Source: Gloeobacterales cyanobacterium
Lineage (GTDB): Bacteria; Cyanobacteriota; Cyanobacteriia; Gloeobacterales; PMM-0068
NCBI GenBank assembly: GCA_038245785.1
Contig: JBBRSB010000001.1
Location: 352,001 to 416,000 of the forward strand
Reading direction: 5' to 3'
Length of the DNA stretch: 64,000 nucleotides
In this document: positions 41,887 to 51,849 of the stretch, in pieces
Layout: each line of letters begins with the position of its first letter
Position numbering within the stretch: position 1 is the stretch's first letter
The notes under the pieces: model-generated
Seen by the model: only the letters and a program-made list of their open reading frames with translations
What the model was told of the DNA's origin: nothing
Databases searched by the model: none
Made by a program: the position numbers and the translations under genes

Positions 41887-42089
41887 ACTTGACCCTCCCC
41901 ACCGTACGCTTCCTGAGTGGCCCCTGAGTTTACCCGTGTCTGGCAGCCGAAGGCGAGAAGGGCTTGTCGAAGGAAGGCGGATGAGGTATTTCACAGGACT
42001 CAGGCAATAAAGGATACTCCGTGCTTTAAACTTCGATAACACAGAGGACAGTTACAACCCCGGTCAAACTGGAAAGGCTTGGATTTTCT

Positions 42090-42371
42090 TTGGACGAAAA
42101 ATACGTACAACACCCAAACTTTGGCTTGCTCTACATCCTTTGTACCCTTGATGCTAATTCAGCATTGTTTACGACCCTCTATGCACAACGACTATTCTTT
42201 CTCGTCTCGGTACAGGAAGGGAGAACGCTGAATTTTGAACCCAAAACTCGCGCTGAAACCCGCAGTCTCTTGGAAAATCGGCTGAGGGCAATCAGAAGGA
42301 GTCCGACGACAGCGGCTCTACAAGAAGAGATGGCGCTTTTAGAAAAATACTATAAGCAACTATTTATCTGA
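42090..42371 (+). CDS. pipX: PII-interacting protein X
   Basis: E.YVQHPNFGLLY, LFTTLYAQRLFFLV, RLR..RR. Confidence 0.88.
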   Translation: MDEKYVQHPNFGLLYILCTLDANSALFTTLYAQRLFFLVSVQEGRTLNFEPKTRAETRSLLENRLRAIRRSPTTAALQEEMALLEKYYKQLFI

Positions 42372-42381
42372 GGGGCGGACC

Positions 42382-43491
42382 ATGGCGAAAATTCTAGTTG
42401 TTTTGGGAACGCGGCCTGAAGCCGTCAAGCTCGCTCCCCTGATCTTGGCACTCAAGCAATATCCCTGGGAAATACAGGTGGTTGTTACAGGCCAGCATCA
42501 GGAAATATTGCATCAAACCTTGGGCTGGTTTGGCATTGCTCCAGACCAAGACTTGAAAATCATGAGTGTGAAACAAACGCTCAGCGATATCTTGAGCCGG
42601 GCACTAACGGGGCTAGAAAAAGTATTCCAGCAGGAAAAACCAGACCTGGTATTGGTCCAAGGAGATACTTCCACTACGTTTGCTGGGGCTCTAGCCGCTT
42701 TCTATCAAAAGATTCCGGTGGGACATGTAGAGGCAGGGTTGCGCACGGGTAAAGCTGATGACCCTTTCCCAGAGGAAATGAACCGCCGATTGACTTCACA
42801 GCTAGCCCATTGGCATTTTGCACCGACCCAGCTGGCCATGGAAAATCTTTATCGAGATGGGATTCACCAGAATGTCTATCAGACAGGCAATACCGTTATT
42901 GATGCGCTCCTCTCCATGGGTGCGCAGCATCCAGACCCAGGCGTGCCTGCCGATTGGGAGCACAAACGGGTCCTCTTAGCGACCGTTCATCGTCGAGAGA
43001 ACTGGGGAGCGCCGATTGAGCAGATTGCTCAAGCTTTTTTACATATCCTGAATCAGTTCCCCGATACCCAGTTGGTTTTGCCGCTCCATCCCAATCCCAC
43101 GGTCCGCGAACCTTTGCAGGCCGCTCTCAAGGACCATCCCCGAGCTTTGCTCTGTGCCCCTTTGGACTATCCCCAACTGGTCGGAGCGATGCAGCGCTGT
43201 TATTTAGTGCTTACGGATTCAGGAGGCATTCAGGAGGAAGCTCCAGCCTTGGGCAAACCGGTCTTAGTCTTGCGGGAAACCACCGAACGTCCAGAAGCGA
43301 TTAATGCAGGGGTGGCCTGTCTAGTTGGTACCGATACGGAGGCTATTGTCGCGGCTGCCACGCATCTATTGAATGATTTGCCTGCGTACAAAACGATGGC
43401 TTGCGCTATTAATCCCTTTGGAGATGGAACCGCCAGCACCCAGATTTGCAAAATCCTGGAAGAGTTTATAGAAAGTTCCGGTTTGCACTGA
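42382..43491 (+). CDS. wecB: UDP-N-acetylglucosamine 2-epimerase
   Basis: GTRPEAVK, QGDTST, HVEAGLRT, PEEMNR, TDSGGIQEE. Confidence 0.95.
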   Translation: MAKILVVLGTRPEAVKLAPLILALKQYPWEIQVVVTGQHQEILHQTLGWFGIAPDQDLKIMSVKQTLSDILSRALTGLEKVFQQEKPDLVLVQGDTSTTFAGALAAFYQKIPVGHVEAGLRTGKADDPFPEEMNRRLTSQLAHWHFAPTQLAMENLYRDGIHQNVYQTGNTVIDALLSMGAQHPDPGVPADWEHKRVLLATVHRRENWGAPIEQIAQAFLHILNQFPDTQLVLPLHPNPTVREPLQAALKDHPRALLCAPLDYPQLVGAMQRCYLVLTDSGGIQEEAPALGKPVLVLRETTERPEAINAGVACLVGTDTEAIVAAATHLLNDLPAYKTMACAINPFGDGTASTQICKILEEFIESSGLH

Positions 43492-43739
43492 GCGCTGCTT
43501 TCCCCTCTGGGCGGCAGATACAGGTTTCGAGCCTGATAGTTTTGTGATCCCGGTTCGAGACAGTCGAGATTATTTATAGTTTGATCGAGGACCTTTTTCG
43601 GTTTCAGACAGGAGCAATTTTAGGGTTTGAGATAAGAGCAACTGCTCTTTGAAGGTCTACCATATGTTTAGTGTTCAAAAAATATCTTGACCTTATTGAC
43701 CCCTACATGTAGTCTTTTGTGATAGAATCCACGCAAAAT

Positions 43740-44489
43740 ATGGGGATCTTGCAACGGGTCCAGGCTCTTCGCAATGAATTACCAAACATCGTTTGTTTCA
43801 TTGCAGTGACTAAAACTGCCTCGGTAGATCAGATTCGCTCCGCCTACAACGCAGGCGTGCGTGATTTTGCAGAAAGCCGAGTGCAGGACGCCCAAAACAA
43901 GATGCTCTTACTTCAGGACTGTCAGGATGTGAGGTGGCATTTGATCGGTAGTTTGCAGGCTAATAAGGTCCGTTCGGCCCTCAAGTTGTTTTCATGGATT
44001 CATTCTGTGGATCAGCTTGATTTAGCATTGCGGATCGATCGTATTGCCGAAGAACTAGGTGTCTGCCCGAACATTCTGCTTCAGGTCAAATTGTTGCCAG
44101 ACCCTGGTAAAAAAGGGTTCTCTCTGGAAGGTTTGCTCGAAGCGCTCCCTCAATTGGATGCGTTAGAGCATGTGCGGATCAGGGGACTGATGACTATCGC
44201 CCCCTATGGGATTAGTCCTCCCGAACAATATTCGCTTTTTTCCCGAGTGAAAGCTTTAGCGGAAGATCTCAAAAATCAGGTTTGGCAGCGCTTGTCGATG
44301 GATGAGCTCTCGATGGGGATGTCTGGGGATTATCCCCAGGCGGTTGCTGCGGGAGCAACGATGGTTCGCATCGGTCGGCATATTTTCGCTCCCGAACATG
44401 GGAGCACAGCTCCCGAATCTGGGAGCACAAGGTTAGAAGCAAGTGGTCAAGTTCAAATTTCTTCGTCAATACAGGAGTCCACGTCATGA
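43740..44489 (+). CDS. pipY: YggS/PipY PLP-binding protein
   Basis: [36 protein letters not shown]; extended C-terminal tail. Confidence 0.92.
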   Translation: MGILQRVQALRNELPNIVCFIAVTKTASVDQIRSAYNAGVRDFAESRVQDAQNKMLLLQDCQDVRWHLIGSLQANKVRSALKLFSWIHSVDQLDLALRIDRIAEELGVCPNILLQVKLLPDPGKKGFSLEGLLEALPQLDALEHVRIRGLMTIAPYGISPPEQYSLFSRVKALAEDLKNQVWQRLSMDELSMGMSGDYPQAVAAGATMVRIGRHIFAPEHGSTAPESGSTRLEASGQVQISSSIQESTS

Positions 44490-45160
44490 GTGGTATTTGG
44501 AATCGTGTCAAAAATTTTGTTGGGTTGAACGACCCTCTCGATAATTATGACGAGAGGGATTACGGTTCTTTGTATGCCCAAGAGAGCACCCAGTATGACC
44601 CGGATGCTATGGCACCTCCTCCGGCTGGGACGGTGGATGCGCGTCCTTCTCTATCGTCTGCACTGCAAGACTTCTCCAGTGGTTCTCCCACAGCCCAAGG
44701 TGCTCCTGCCTATGCAGACCAAAATGTCGATGTTTATCCCCGCCGTGCGGTTCGAAATAACTTTAGTGGAGCAAGTACTGTGACAGGCAACGTAATCGGA
44801 ATGCCCAATATTTCCTCTTCAGAGGTTTTGGTTCTTGAGCCCAAAGGATTTGAAGAAGCCCCTCTGGTCGTTCAACATCTGCGGGACCGTAAAACTGTAG
44901 TCCTGAATCTGACATTGATGGAGCCGGATCAAGCTCAGCGCACGGTAGACTTCATCGCTGGGGCAACCTATGCCGTGGATGGTCATCAAGAGCGGGTCGG
45001 CGATGGCATCTTCCTCTTTGCTCCTAGTACGGTGACGATTAGCGCAGGTGGAACCGTTAAAGCTGCTCCTGCTCCTAGTGCTGCTGTCACGAATACAGGC
45101 AGCTTGCTGGGTGGTGATTGGCGTGCTTCTGAACCCCCTCGTCGCAGCATGCAGTTCTAA
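44486..45160 (+). CDS. sepF: Cell division protein SepF
   Basis: [32 protein letters not shown]. Confidence 0.92.
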   Translation: MSGIWNRVKNFVGLNDPLDNYDERDYGSLYAQESTQYDPDAMAPPPAGTVDARPSLSSALQDFSSGSPTAQGAPAYADQNVDVYPRRAVRNNFSGASTVTGNVIGMPNISSSEVLVLEPKGFEEAPLVVQHLRDRKTVVLNLTLMEPDQAQRTVDFIAGATYAVDGHQERVGDGIFLFAPSTVTISAGGTVKAAPAPSAAVTNTGSLLGGDWRASEPPRRSMQF

Positions 45161-45191
45161 GACGCCGTAGCCAATTGGCAGAGGAAAACTT

Positions 45192-45986
45192 ATGACCGCT
45201 TTAGGGATTGTGGGTGGAGGTCAAATGGCCGAAGCCCTCATTTCTGGTCTTTTAGCTAAGAAAGCGTACTCGACTTCTGAAATCTTAGTGAGTGACCCTA
45301 GTGCAGGGCGTAGAGACTATCTCAAAGATAAGTTTGGGATAGTGGTTACGGGAAGTAACCAAGAAGTTAGCGAAAGTACGGTTTTACTCTTCGCCGTTAA
45401 GCCCCAAGTTTTTCCTCAAATCATCCAAGACATAGGCGCGGTGGCCCGTGATCGACTCCTGCTATCGATTTTGGCGGGTGTTTCATTGCAGCAATTAGAA
45501 ACCGCTTTTCCAAATAGCTCAGTCGTGCGCGTGATGCCGAATACTCCTGCTTTGATTGGTCAGGGAATCAGTGCCTTGAGCTATGGCAAGCACGTAACCG
45601 CTGAGCAGCAACAGACGGCGCAACGAATTTTTAAGGCGGTAGGCACGGTTGTAGAAGTGCCTGAATCTTTAATGGATGCAGTGACCGGGCTTTCGGGGTC
45701 GGGGCCTGGCTATGTGGCCCTTTTAGTAGAAGCTTTGATGGACGGAGGCGTTTTGGTTGGTTTGCCTCGTCCTTTGGCACGCAGCTTAGTGCTGGAGACG
45801 ATTAAAGGGAGTATCGCCCTTTTGCAAGAACAAAACCTTCATCCTGGAGAACTCAAAGACCGCGTTACCAGTCCGGGCGGGACTACGATTGCAGGGATTG
45901 CAGCCTTAGAAAAAGCCGGAGTACGTAGTGCTTTGATTCAAGCTGTGGAAGCAGCCACCCAACGTTCTAAAGCCTTGGGTTCGTAG
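45192..45986 (+). CDS. proC: Pyrroline-5-carboxylate reductase
   Basis: GGGQMAEA, AVKPQ, RVMPNTP, SGSGP, VTSPGGTT. Confidence 0.96.
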   Translation: MTALGIVGGGQMAEALISGLLAKKAYSTSEILVSDPSAGRRDYLKDKFGIVVTGSNQEVSESTVLLFAVKPQVFPQIIQDIGAVARDRLLLSILAGVSLQQLETAFPNSSVVRVMPNTPALIGQGISALSYGKHVTAEQQQTAQRIFKAVGTVVEVPESLMDAVTGLSGSGPGYVALLVEALMDGGVLVGLPRPLARSLVLETIKGSIALLQEQNLHPGELKDRVTSPGGTTIAGIAALEKAGVRSALIQAVEAATQRSKALGS

Positions 45987-46123
45987 AGCGGTTACTCATT
46001 GCTAAACGACCAAGACTGAACCTATGATTTGACCTATCTGTCCAACAGCATATATTAACGAAAAGGTGCTAGTTTTGATAATATAGGGTCAAAGGATATT
46101 CAGTATTAACGGAACCGATAACA

Positions 46124-47272
46124 ATGGTTAATGCTCCTAGAGCAGGCCAATACATACAACAGATAGAGGGCTACAAAGCCTTTATACCTAATCCGCTGCC
46201 ACCTGTACCTGAAATTATTATGGATCAGGAGATGTGGAATCTGCTATCTCAAGCAGATCGTGCGTTGGGTCGTCTAGACGGAGCAACCGATGCTCTACCA
46301 AATCCAGATCTATTTGTGTTTATGTATGTTCGGAAAGAAGCAGTTCTATCAAGTCAGATTGAGGGTACACAAGCATCTTTGATAGATGTTCTAGAATTTG
46401 AATCTCAGGCTTTGCAACCAGATAATCCTCAGGATGTGGCTGAGGTTGTGAACTATGTCGCCGCGATTAATTACGGTCTTGAACGCCTCAAAAACTTACC
46501 TGTATCTTTGCGATTAATTAGAGAAATTCATCAAAAGTTAATGGAAGGAGTGAGAGGTTCTGAACGCAATCCAGGGGAGTTTCGCCGTAGCCAGAATTGG
46601 ATTGGTGCAGGAGGGTGTTCCTTAGCGGAGGCTACTTATGTTCCTCCCCCGCCACATGAAATGCTCCAATCTCTAGATAATTTGGAGAAATTTTTGCATA
46701 GTCTACAACCTATACCTACCTTAATTAAAGTTGGGTTAGCTCATGCTCAGTTTGAAACCATTCATCCTTTTCTCGATGGCAATGGAAGAACAGGTCGATT
46801 ACTAATTACGTTTCTGTTGTGTGAGCAAAATATCCTACAGCGTCCTCTACTCTACATCTCTTACTATTTCAAGAAATATCGTACTGAATACTATGATCGC
46901 CTTCAGGCTGTGCGAGACAGCGGCAACTGGGAAGGTTGGCTGAAATTCTTTCTGCGCGGCGTTTACGAAGTTGCTCAAGAAGCTGCTGCTACTGCCCGTA
47001 AAATAGTCAACTTGAAAGAGGAACATCGTCAATTGGTACTTAATAATATGGGGCGTAGATCAGGTAATGCAGTCGCGTTGCTTGAGAGCCTTTATTTCAG
47101 GCCAATTGTTACGGTAGAACATGCTGAAGCAATTACAAATCTGTCGTATCCCAATGCAAACACCTTAATTAAGGATCTTTGCGACATAGGTCTTCTGCAA
47201 GAAATTACCGGACAAAAACGCAATCGCGCATTCTCTTATGCTCCATACCTAGCTGTTTTCCGGGATACTTAG
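46124..47272 (+). CDS. Fic-family protein (Fic_N + Fic + HTH)
   Basis: KEAVLSSQIEG (inhibitory-helix type), catalytic HPFLDGNGRTGR. Confidence 0.92.
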   Translation: MVNAPRAGQYIQQIEGYKAFIPNPLPPVPEIIMDQEMWNLLSQADRALGRLDGATDALPNPDLFVFMYVRKEAVLSSQIEGTQASLIDVLEFESQALQPDNPQDVAEVVNYVAAINYGLERLKNLPVSLRLIREIHQKLMEGVRGSERNPGEFRRSQNWIGAGGCSLAEATYVPPPPHEMLQSLDNLEKFLHSLQPIPTLIKVGLAHAQFETIHPFLDGNGRTGRLLITFLLCEQNILQRPLLYISYYFKKYRTEYYDRLQAVRDSGNWEGWLKFFLRGVYEVAQEAAATARKIVNLKEEHRQLVLNNMGRRSGNAVALLESLYFRPIVTVEHAEAITNLSYPNANTLIKDLCDIGLLQEITGQKRNRAFSYAPYLAVFRDT

Positions 47273-47376
47273 CAACAATTCAACCTGACAATGTGACCTG
47301 TCTAAACAGCGATACTTAGGGCTTCCGGATTGCCAAGTTTTTCACACATAACATTTTCTTCATTGACCTGCAGCAT

Positions 47377-49983
47377 TTACTTAATAAAGAACCGGAGGAA
47401 AAATATCACCAGCAACACTATACCAAAAATTACAAAACCAGGCTTCTTAGCAATTCCAATTGCTAATTTCAAAAGATCTGCAATGATTTTCAGCTTCTTA
47501 TCTGGAAGACCCGTCAACCTCTTTAAGACAAAGTCCATTGTAGATTGAGAAGATGAATCCTGTTTTAATGCCTCTGGCAAGATACCAGTAATGACTTGTC
47601 TATAGTAAGACCACTCATCTACAAAAGGCTTATAGTAGTCTCTTTTGAAAGAAAAGTATTGAATCCATTTGAAGAAAATGGTTAGCCAAGGAACGATTTG
47701 TTTTACATAAAAATCTTGAGAGGTTTTAGTAGGTAGAGCCTCTTGCTCAACATCTTGAGAAGATAAATCTGCATCAAGATTCCTCAAAATTCTATCTCGC
47801 TCTTGCTCTTCATCTAGCAGATTTGCAAAAGCAACTAAGGAACGTGTTGCAATTTGCTGAGCTACAGTATTGCGGGAATTTTTTACCCAGCCATACATCG
47901 CTCCTTCAATTCGAGTTGGAGGGCGCTGCTCATTTATCCAGATCTGGCAGCGATAGAAAGCTTTTTTCTTATTAGGCTCCCAATAAATCAAATAATCTCC
48001 ACCCAATAGATCAACACGTTGCTCAAAATAGATTTCAGTTAAAACTCTGACGATATCCTCACGTTCGTTTTCCTTTACTTCAGCAACTAAAGATTGAAGC
48101 TGAGGTTCAATTGCATCAAAATGTAGACGTGCCTGACGACCAATAGCGAACAGGATCGCTTCACGCACAAAAGGGTGTTTCTCTTTTTGGAGAATTGTAT
48201 GTAAACGCTCAAAAATATCTCCAGGAGTTAGTTTACCAATATTCTGTACACACTCGATCTCTCCATAGGTTCGCACAACAGTTGCAAGGAGGCTTTCCCG
48301 TGAGTTTATCTTCGATATGTCTATATATTCAGGAAGATTCCGTAGCTCTTCATCCGTCCAATTTTCAAGAATTTTTACTGTTCCTTCTGGGTCTCTTTTG
48401 TAAGCACCTGCTAAACTTATACCAACTGCTCTATTGAATTTAATGATTGAGGTTTCTGGACTAGAAGAACTTTCTTGTTGTTGAATTATACTGTGCAGCC
48501 ATGTACTTAGTTCCCTTAAATGGAATTGTAATACAAGCGGAAGAGTATTATTGAGAAATTTATTTCTAACCACATTACTTTTATCTTTAGCTAACTTTTT
48601 CAATAAATTATGCAGTTCCTCAGATAGTCCCTTTGAGCCTTCTGTCTCAACATAACACGCAGCATAGCCAACAGTAAGTGCTACTGTACCTTTTATGTAA
48701 TCTTCTGCCTTTGAACTTTCGCCATTCTCTTCATTACGCTCTTTCAAGATAGCCTCAACTTGTTCAACCCTCGACTGAGGCAGCTCTAACCATGAATGAA
48801 GCATGTCGAAAAGTTGTTCATCTTGGTCAGAATTTCGCCATAGTGCCATTGCATAAGCTGCAGTGGATTGAACGGAAGTATTTTTATCTGCAGCGAGTTG
48901 GAGTAAAGTTGTTGCAATTGAGTTTTTTGAAGTCGAGCCAATATCACTTATCGTCTTAGCAATTGCATAACGAATCTCTCCACACTTTATCTCATCACCA
49001 TATAGCTCTGGATTCGCCAAGCGTTCTACTACAGAATTCCTAACAATATTTACCATTACGGGCAATGCTGATAAAATTTGCCTACGATCACTATCCCAAG
49101 CCACTTTAAATAAGGTTCGACGTTCCTCACCGGAAGAAGAACGAATTTCAATTTTAGTTCCTTGGTCTTTTGTCTCAGTGAAGTTGAAAAAATGAGAAAG
49201 GTTCTCTAAATCGCAGTAGTCGAGTGCACGAAGCGAAGCATCCCGTCGTTGCCAAACCTTCTCAACGATTTCTTCTAAAGCAGCAAAAAATTGATCTTCA
49301 AATAGCCCATCAAAAAAACTTAACCCTAGTACAAGTAGTCTTTCACGGGGTTCCAGTTCTTGAAGATACCACTTGCGAAGAGAGTCCTCTTCAGAGAACG
49401 TATTAATTAGCTGTTCAGAGTCGGAAACGCTTTCGCGTGATAATGGATACCAGAATTTATTTTTACTTTCGGGTGGTTGTCTCCAAGCAGTAAAAGGTGT
49501 ATTTGTACTTATAACAACATAGTGCTTTCCTGAAACTGCGGCTTTCCGAATTCGGTCCAGATCGTAACCAACATTTTGAGGTGCAACCTGATTTAGGATG
49601 AAAACTGTGGCTTTTTTTGTATTTTGAAGCTCTATATCGATAATTTGTGGCTCAGGACTGCGACGCCACTCTCTTGCGATTATTTCACTACCACTGGACC
49701 TTAATTGTTCAATTAAACGAGCTGCAATATGTCTAGCTAGAGAGTCTTTATTAACCTCAGAGCTTCCTTCTAAAACTAAAAACCTGCGCTCCTTAATCAT
49801 TTTGAGAAGATCAGACATAATTTTAGGGCTTTTAAAATAGGGAGATTTATATTGCTCAAGAGATAGCTCAAAGAAGTCAGATTTCTGCTGCAGTATAGTT
49901 TGATTAAGGTCTCCCACAAAATTAAAATTACCACCAAATTCATTATCTTTGAAGACGGTCTGCTGCATATTTTCTTGACTCAT
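47377..49983 (-). CDS. Large putative NLR-like receptor: N-terminal amyloid-like motif, degenerate STAND-like NTPase, helical repeats, C-terminal TM
   Basis: 868-aa ORF; FLVLEGSSEVNKDSLARH (decayed Walker A), TVFILNQ, YVVIST; HEAT-like segments (VQSTAAYAM, VREAILFAI); hydrophobic C-terminus. The function call is inference. Confidence 0.6.
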   Translation of the reverse strand: MSQENMQQTVFKDNEFGGNFNFVGDLNQTILQQKSDFFELSLEQYKSPYFKSPKIMSDLLKMIKERRFLVLEGSSEVNKDSLARHIAARLIEQLRSSGSEIIAREWRRSPEPQIIDIELQNTKKATVFILNQVAPQNVGYDLDRIRKAAVSGKHYVVISTNTPFTAWRQPPESKNKFWYPLSRESVSDSEQLINTFSEEDSLRKWYLQELEPRERLLVLGLSFFDGLFEDQFFAALEEIVEKVWQRRDASLRALDYCDLENLSHFFNFTETKDQGTKIEIRSSSGEERRTLFKVAWDSDRRQILSALPVMVNIVRNSVVERLANPELYGDEIKCGEIRYAIAKTISDIGSTSKNSIATTLLQLAADKNTSVQSTAAYAMALWRNSDQDEQLFDMLHSWLELPQSRVEQVEAILKERNEENGESSKAEDYIKGTVALTVGYAACYVETEGSKGLSEELHNLLKKLAKDKSNVVRNKFLNNTLPLVLQFHLRELSTWLHSIIQQQESSSSPETSIIKFNRAVGISLAGAYKRDPEGTVKILENWTDEELRNLPEYIDISKINSRESLLATVVRTYGEIECVQNIGKLTPGDIFERLHTILQKEKHPFVREAILFAIGRQARLHFDAIEPQLQSLVAEVKENEREDIVRVLTEIYFEQRVDLLGGDYLIYWEPNKKKAFYRCQIWINEQRPPTRIEGAMYGWVKNSRNTVAQQIATRSLVAFANLLDEEQERDRILRNLDADLSSQDVEQEALPTKTSQDFYVKQIVPWLTIFFKWIQYFSFKRDYYKPFVDEWSYYRQVITGILPEALKQDSSSQSTMDFVLKRLTGLPDKKLKIIADLLKLAIGIAKKPGFVIFGIVLLVIFFLRFFIK

Positions 49984-49988
49984 ATTCT

Positions 49989-50453
49989 TTAGCTTTCCTG
50001 AGTTAAGTTTCCACTAAACTTCACGTCCCCACCAATTTCTAGATCAGAAAACATTACTTGCTCGATAGAACCACCTTTACTTGCCTTTTGAGTCATATCT
50101 CCTTTTAGTTCAAGGGTGTTTGCCTTGATACCGCTCATCATTATCTGGCGGGTGACGCCTATCTGCTCAAGTTGCTTCACTAACTCCTTAAGTTGTGTGG
50201 CAAAAATTTCATCATCATTCATTTGTGTTATTAGCTCTGCTTCTACTATTGCAATGTTGGATTCTGTTGGCTGTTTTTCCGTCCGTGTTAATAAACCTTC
50301 CGTGCCCGATTCTTTAAATCTTTGATGAATAGTAGTTGCCAATTGAGCTATTTTGTCAGATGCACTTTTCCCTATTGCTTTTCCTCCTTCTTTTAGAGCC
50401 TCACCAAAAATGAGCGTTGCGATTGTGCTTGCAATTGCTGTTATAGTTTCCAT
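49989..50453 (-). CDS. Bell-like helical effector with a C-terminal doubled amyloid-like motif
   Basis: AGGAG RBS; METITAIA..ALKEGGKAIG..QRF..EKQP..EL..D..FA.QL.ELV helical pattern; tail shares a motif with the next gene's N-terminus. Confidence 0.65.
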   Translation of the reverse strand: METITAIASTIATLIFGEALKEGGKAIGKSASDKIAQLATTIHQRFKESGTEGLLTRTEKQPTESNIAIVEAELITQMNDDEIFATQLKELVKQLEQIGVTRQIMMSGIKANTLELKGDMTQKASKGGSIEQVMFSDLEIGGDVKFSGNLTQES

Positions 50454-50788
50454 AGAAAACTCCTTTTTCTTTCTAAAATCTGCCAGATTGGGCGTATCCT
50501 TGCTCAGGAGCTTGCGATCGACTTTCTTGGTCTAATTACCTGCGTAGCGTGATAGGCAGACAAATTCTCCGTATATTACCACTTAAGGGGAGTCGGTAGA
50601 CAACCTTGATATAAATCCCCCTGAATAATAAAGGATTTGCAGCCTATGTTTGCTATGCCATTCAGCTCAAACACCGCTTATGCCCGACCGGAAGAGCACT
50701 ATGTGCGGGAGTGAATACTGTTTTATGGCAGATGCCATTTCTCGGAGAGCACTACGATAGCGTAAAGCTTGCAAAGCACTCTATAGCG

Positions 50789-50883
50789 AAAAGCCACCCG
50801 AAGGTATACTCTCGGGTGGCTCAACTTTAGACATAGCCCAGGAGTATCTCATCCTGGAACGCAGGAGTTAACCCGCAGGTATA
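50789..50883 (-). ncRNA. Candidate ~95-nt small RNA
   Basis: TTGTGC-18-TATAGT promoter (50918-50889), two short hairpins, then a GCCACCCGA/TCGGGTGGC terminator with TTTT; no ORF. Confidence 0.4.
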
Positions 50884-51032
50884 GACACACTATACCCATA
50901 CCCTAAAAGACTGCACAAGGTCGCAACCCATAATCATCCATAATTCGACCAGTCTAGCGATATGGGGACTTTTAGGGTTGCCAAATTTTTACGTATAACG
51001 CTCCGCTTGAGCGTTATTCTTCACCATAAATC

Positions 51033-51632
51033 TCACTGGACATCAGGGGCTGAACTACCTAATAAATCAATCAAAGGCTTTAGATCGAGGTACATCGTAC
51101 GATAGGGCGTAGTTGGAGGGAGACTTTCATGGGAATCGGCAAAGTCAAAGCCCATCTTGGCATAGAAACCTGATGCATCGTAGGGTGGCTCTGTGTCTGG
51201 ATCATAGAGTGCGTCAACAGTCATAAACCTGACTCCAACGATCGGCTCAATTTCGGTTATGACATACTCAATGGCCCACTCAACTAGATGGCGACCTGCT
51301 CCTTTCGCCCGTCGATCGACCGCCAGTAGACCAATTTTGATGGCTGGGAATGTGCGGTATTTCACACCCTCTTCTAGCAAAATCTGATCTTCTACCTGTA
51401 ACTTATCCGCTAAGAGTGTAATGTACCCAGCGAGGGAGTCACCAACTCGCATCACCCAACAGTGACAAATGCTGGCATCAATTTCGCGTTGAATGCGCCC
51501 CTGCTTCCAGTAGGTTACAAATTCTCCCCGTAAACAGCGAAACCCCTGACCTAGATTAGAAAGTTCAGGGGTCAAGTGCTCTACTTCGACTTGGGCAAAG
51601 TCAATTCCTTCAAATTTACTTTGGCTGGGCAT
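51033..51632 (-). CDS. GNAT acetyltransferase toxin-like protein
   Basis: LAGYITL, FPAIKIGLLAVD..AKGAG, GVRFMTVDA, FYAKMGF; ATG at 51632 overlaps the upstream small ORF. Confidence 0.8.
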   Translation of the reverse strand: MPSQSKFEGIDFAQVEVEHLTPELSNLGQGFRCLRGEFVTYWKQGRIQREIDASICHCWVMRVGDSLAGYITLLADKLQVEDQILLEEGVKYRTFPAIKIGLLAVDRRAKGAGRHLVEWAIEYVITEIEPIVGVRFMTVDALYDPDTEPPYDASGFYAKMGFDFADSHESLPPTTPYRTMYLDLKPLIDLLGSSAPDVQ

Positions 51633-51789
51633 TATTCTGTAACTGTCGAAGACGACGGGCCGCAATACGGCTGGCGAGGGCAAGTGCCCGCTCATTTGTG
51701 ACGTACTGACCTGACTCAATCGCCTCTATCAACCTTTTAGCAGCATCACCTGTAACTGGTTTTGATTCAGTGTGGATAGGGTACTTCAT
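51616..51789 (-). CDS. 57-aa putative antitoxin; not in ORF track
   Basis: MKYPIHTESKPVTGDAAKRLIEAIESGQYVTNERALALASRIAARRLRQLQNNAQPK, overlapping the GNAT start by 17 nt. Confidence 0.55.
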   Translation of the reverse strand: MKYPIHTESKPVTGDAAKRLIEAIESGQYVTNERALALASRIAARRLRQLQNNAQPK

Positions 51790-51849
51790 CGGAATACTTA
51801 GACCGTATAGCTCTTAGTATAGCAACTCTTAATCGAAAACTCATTCTCA

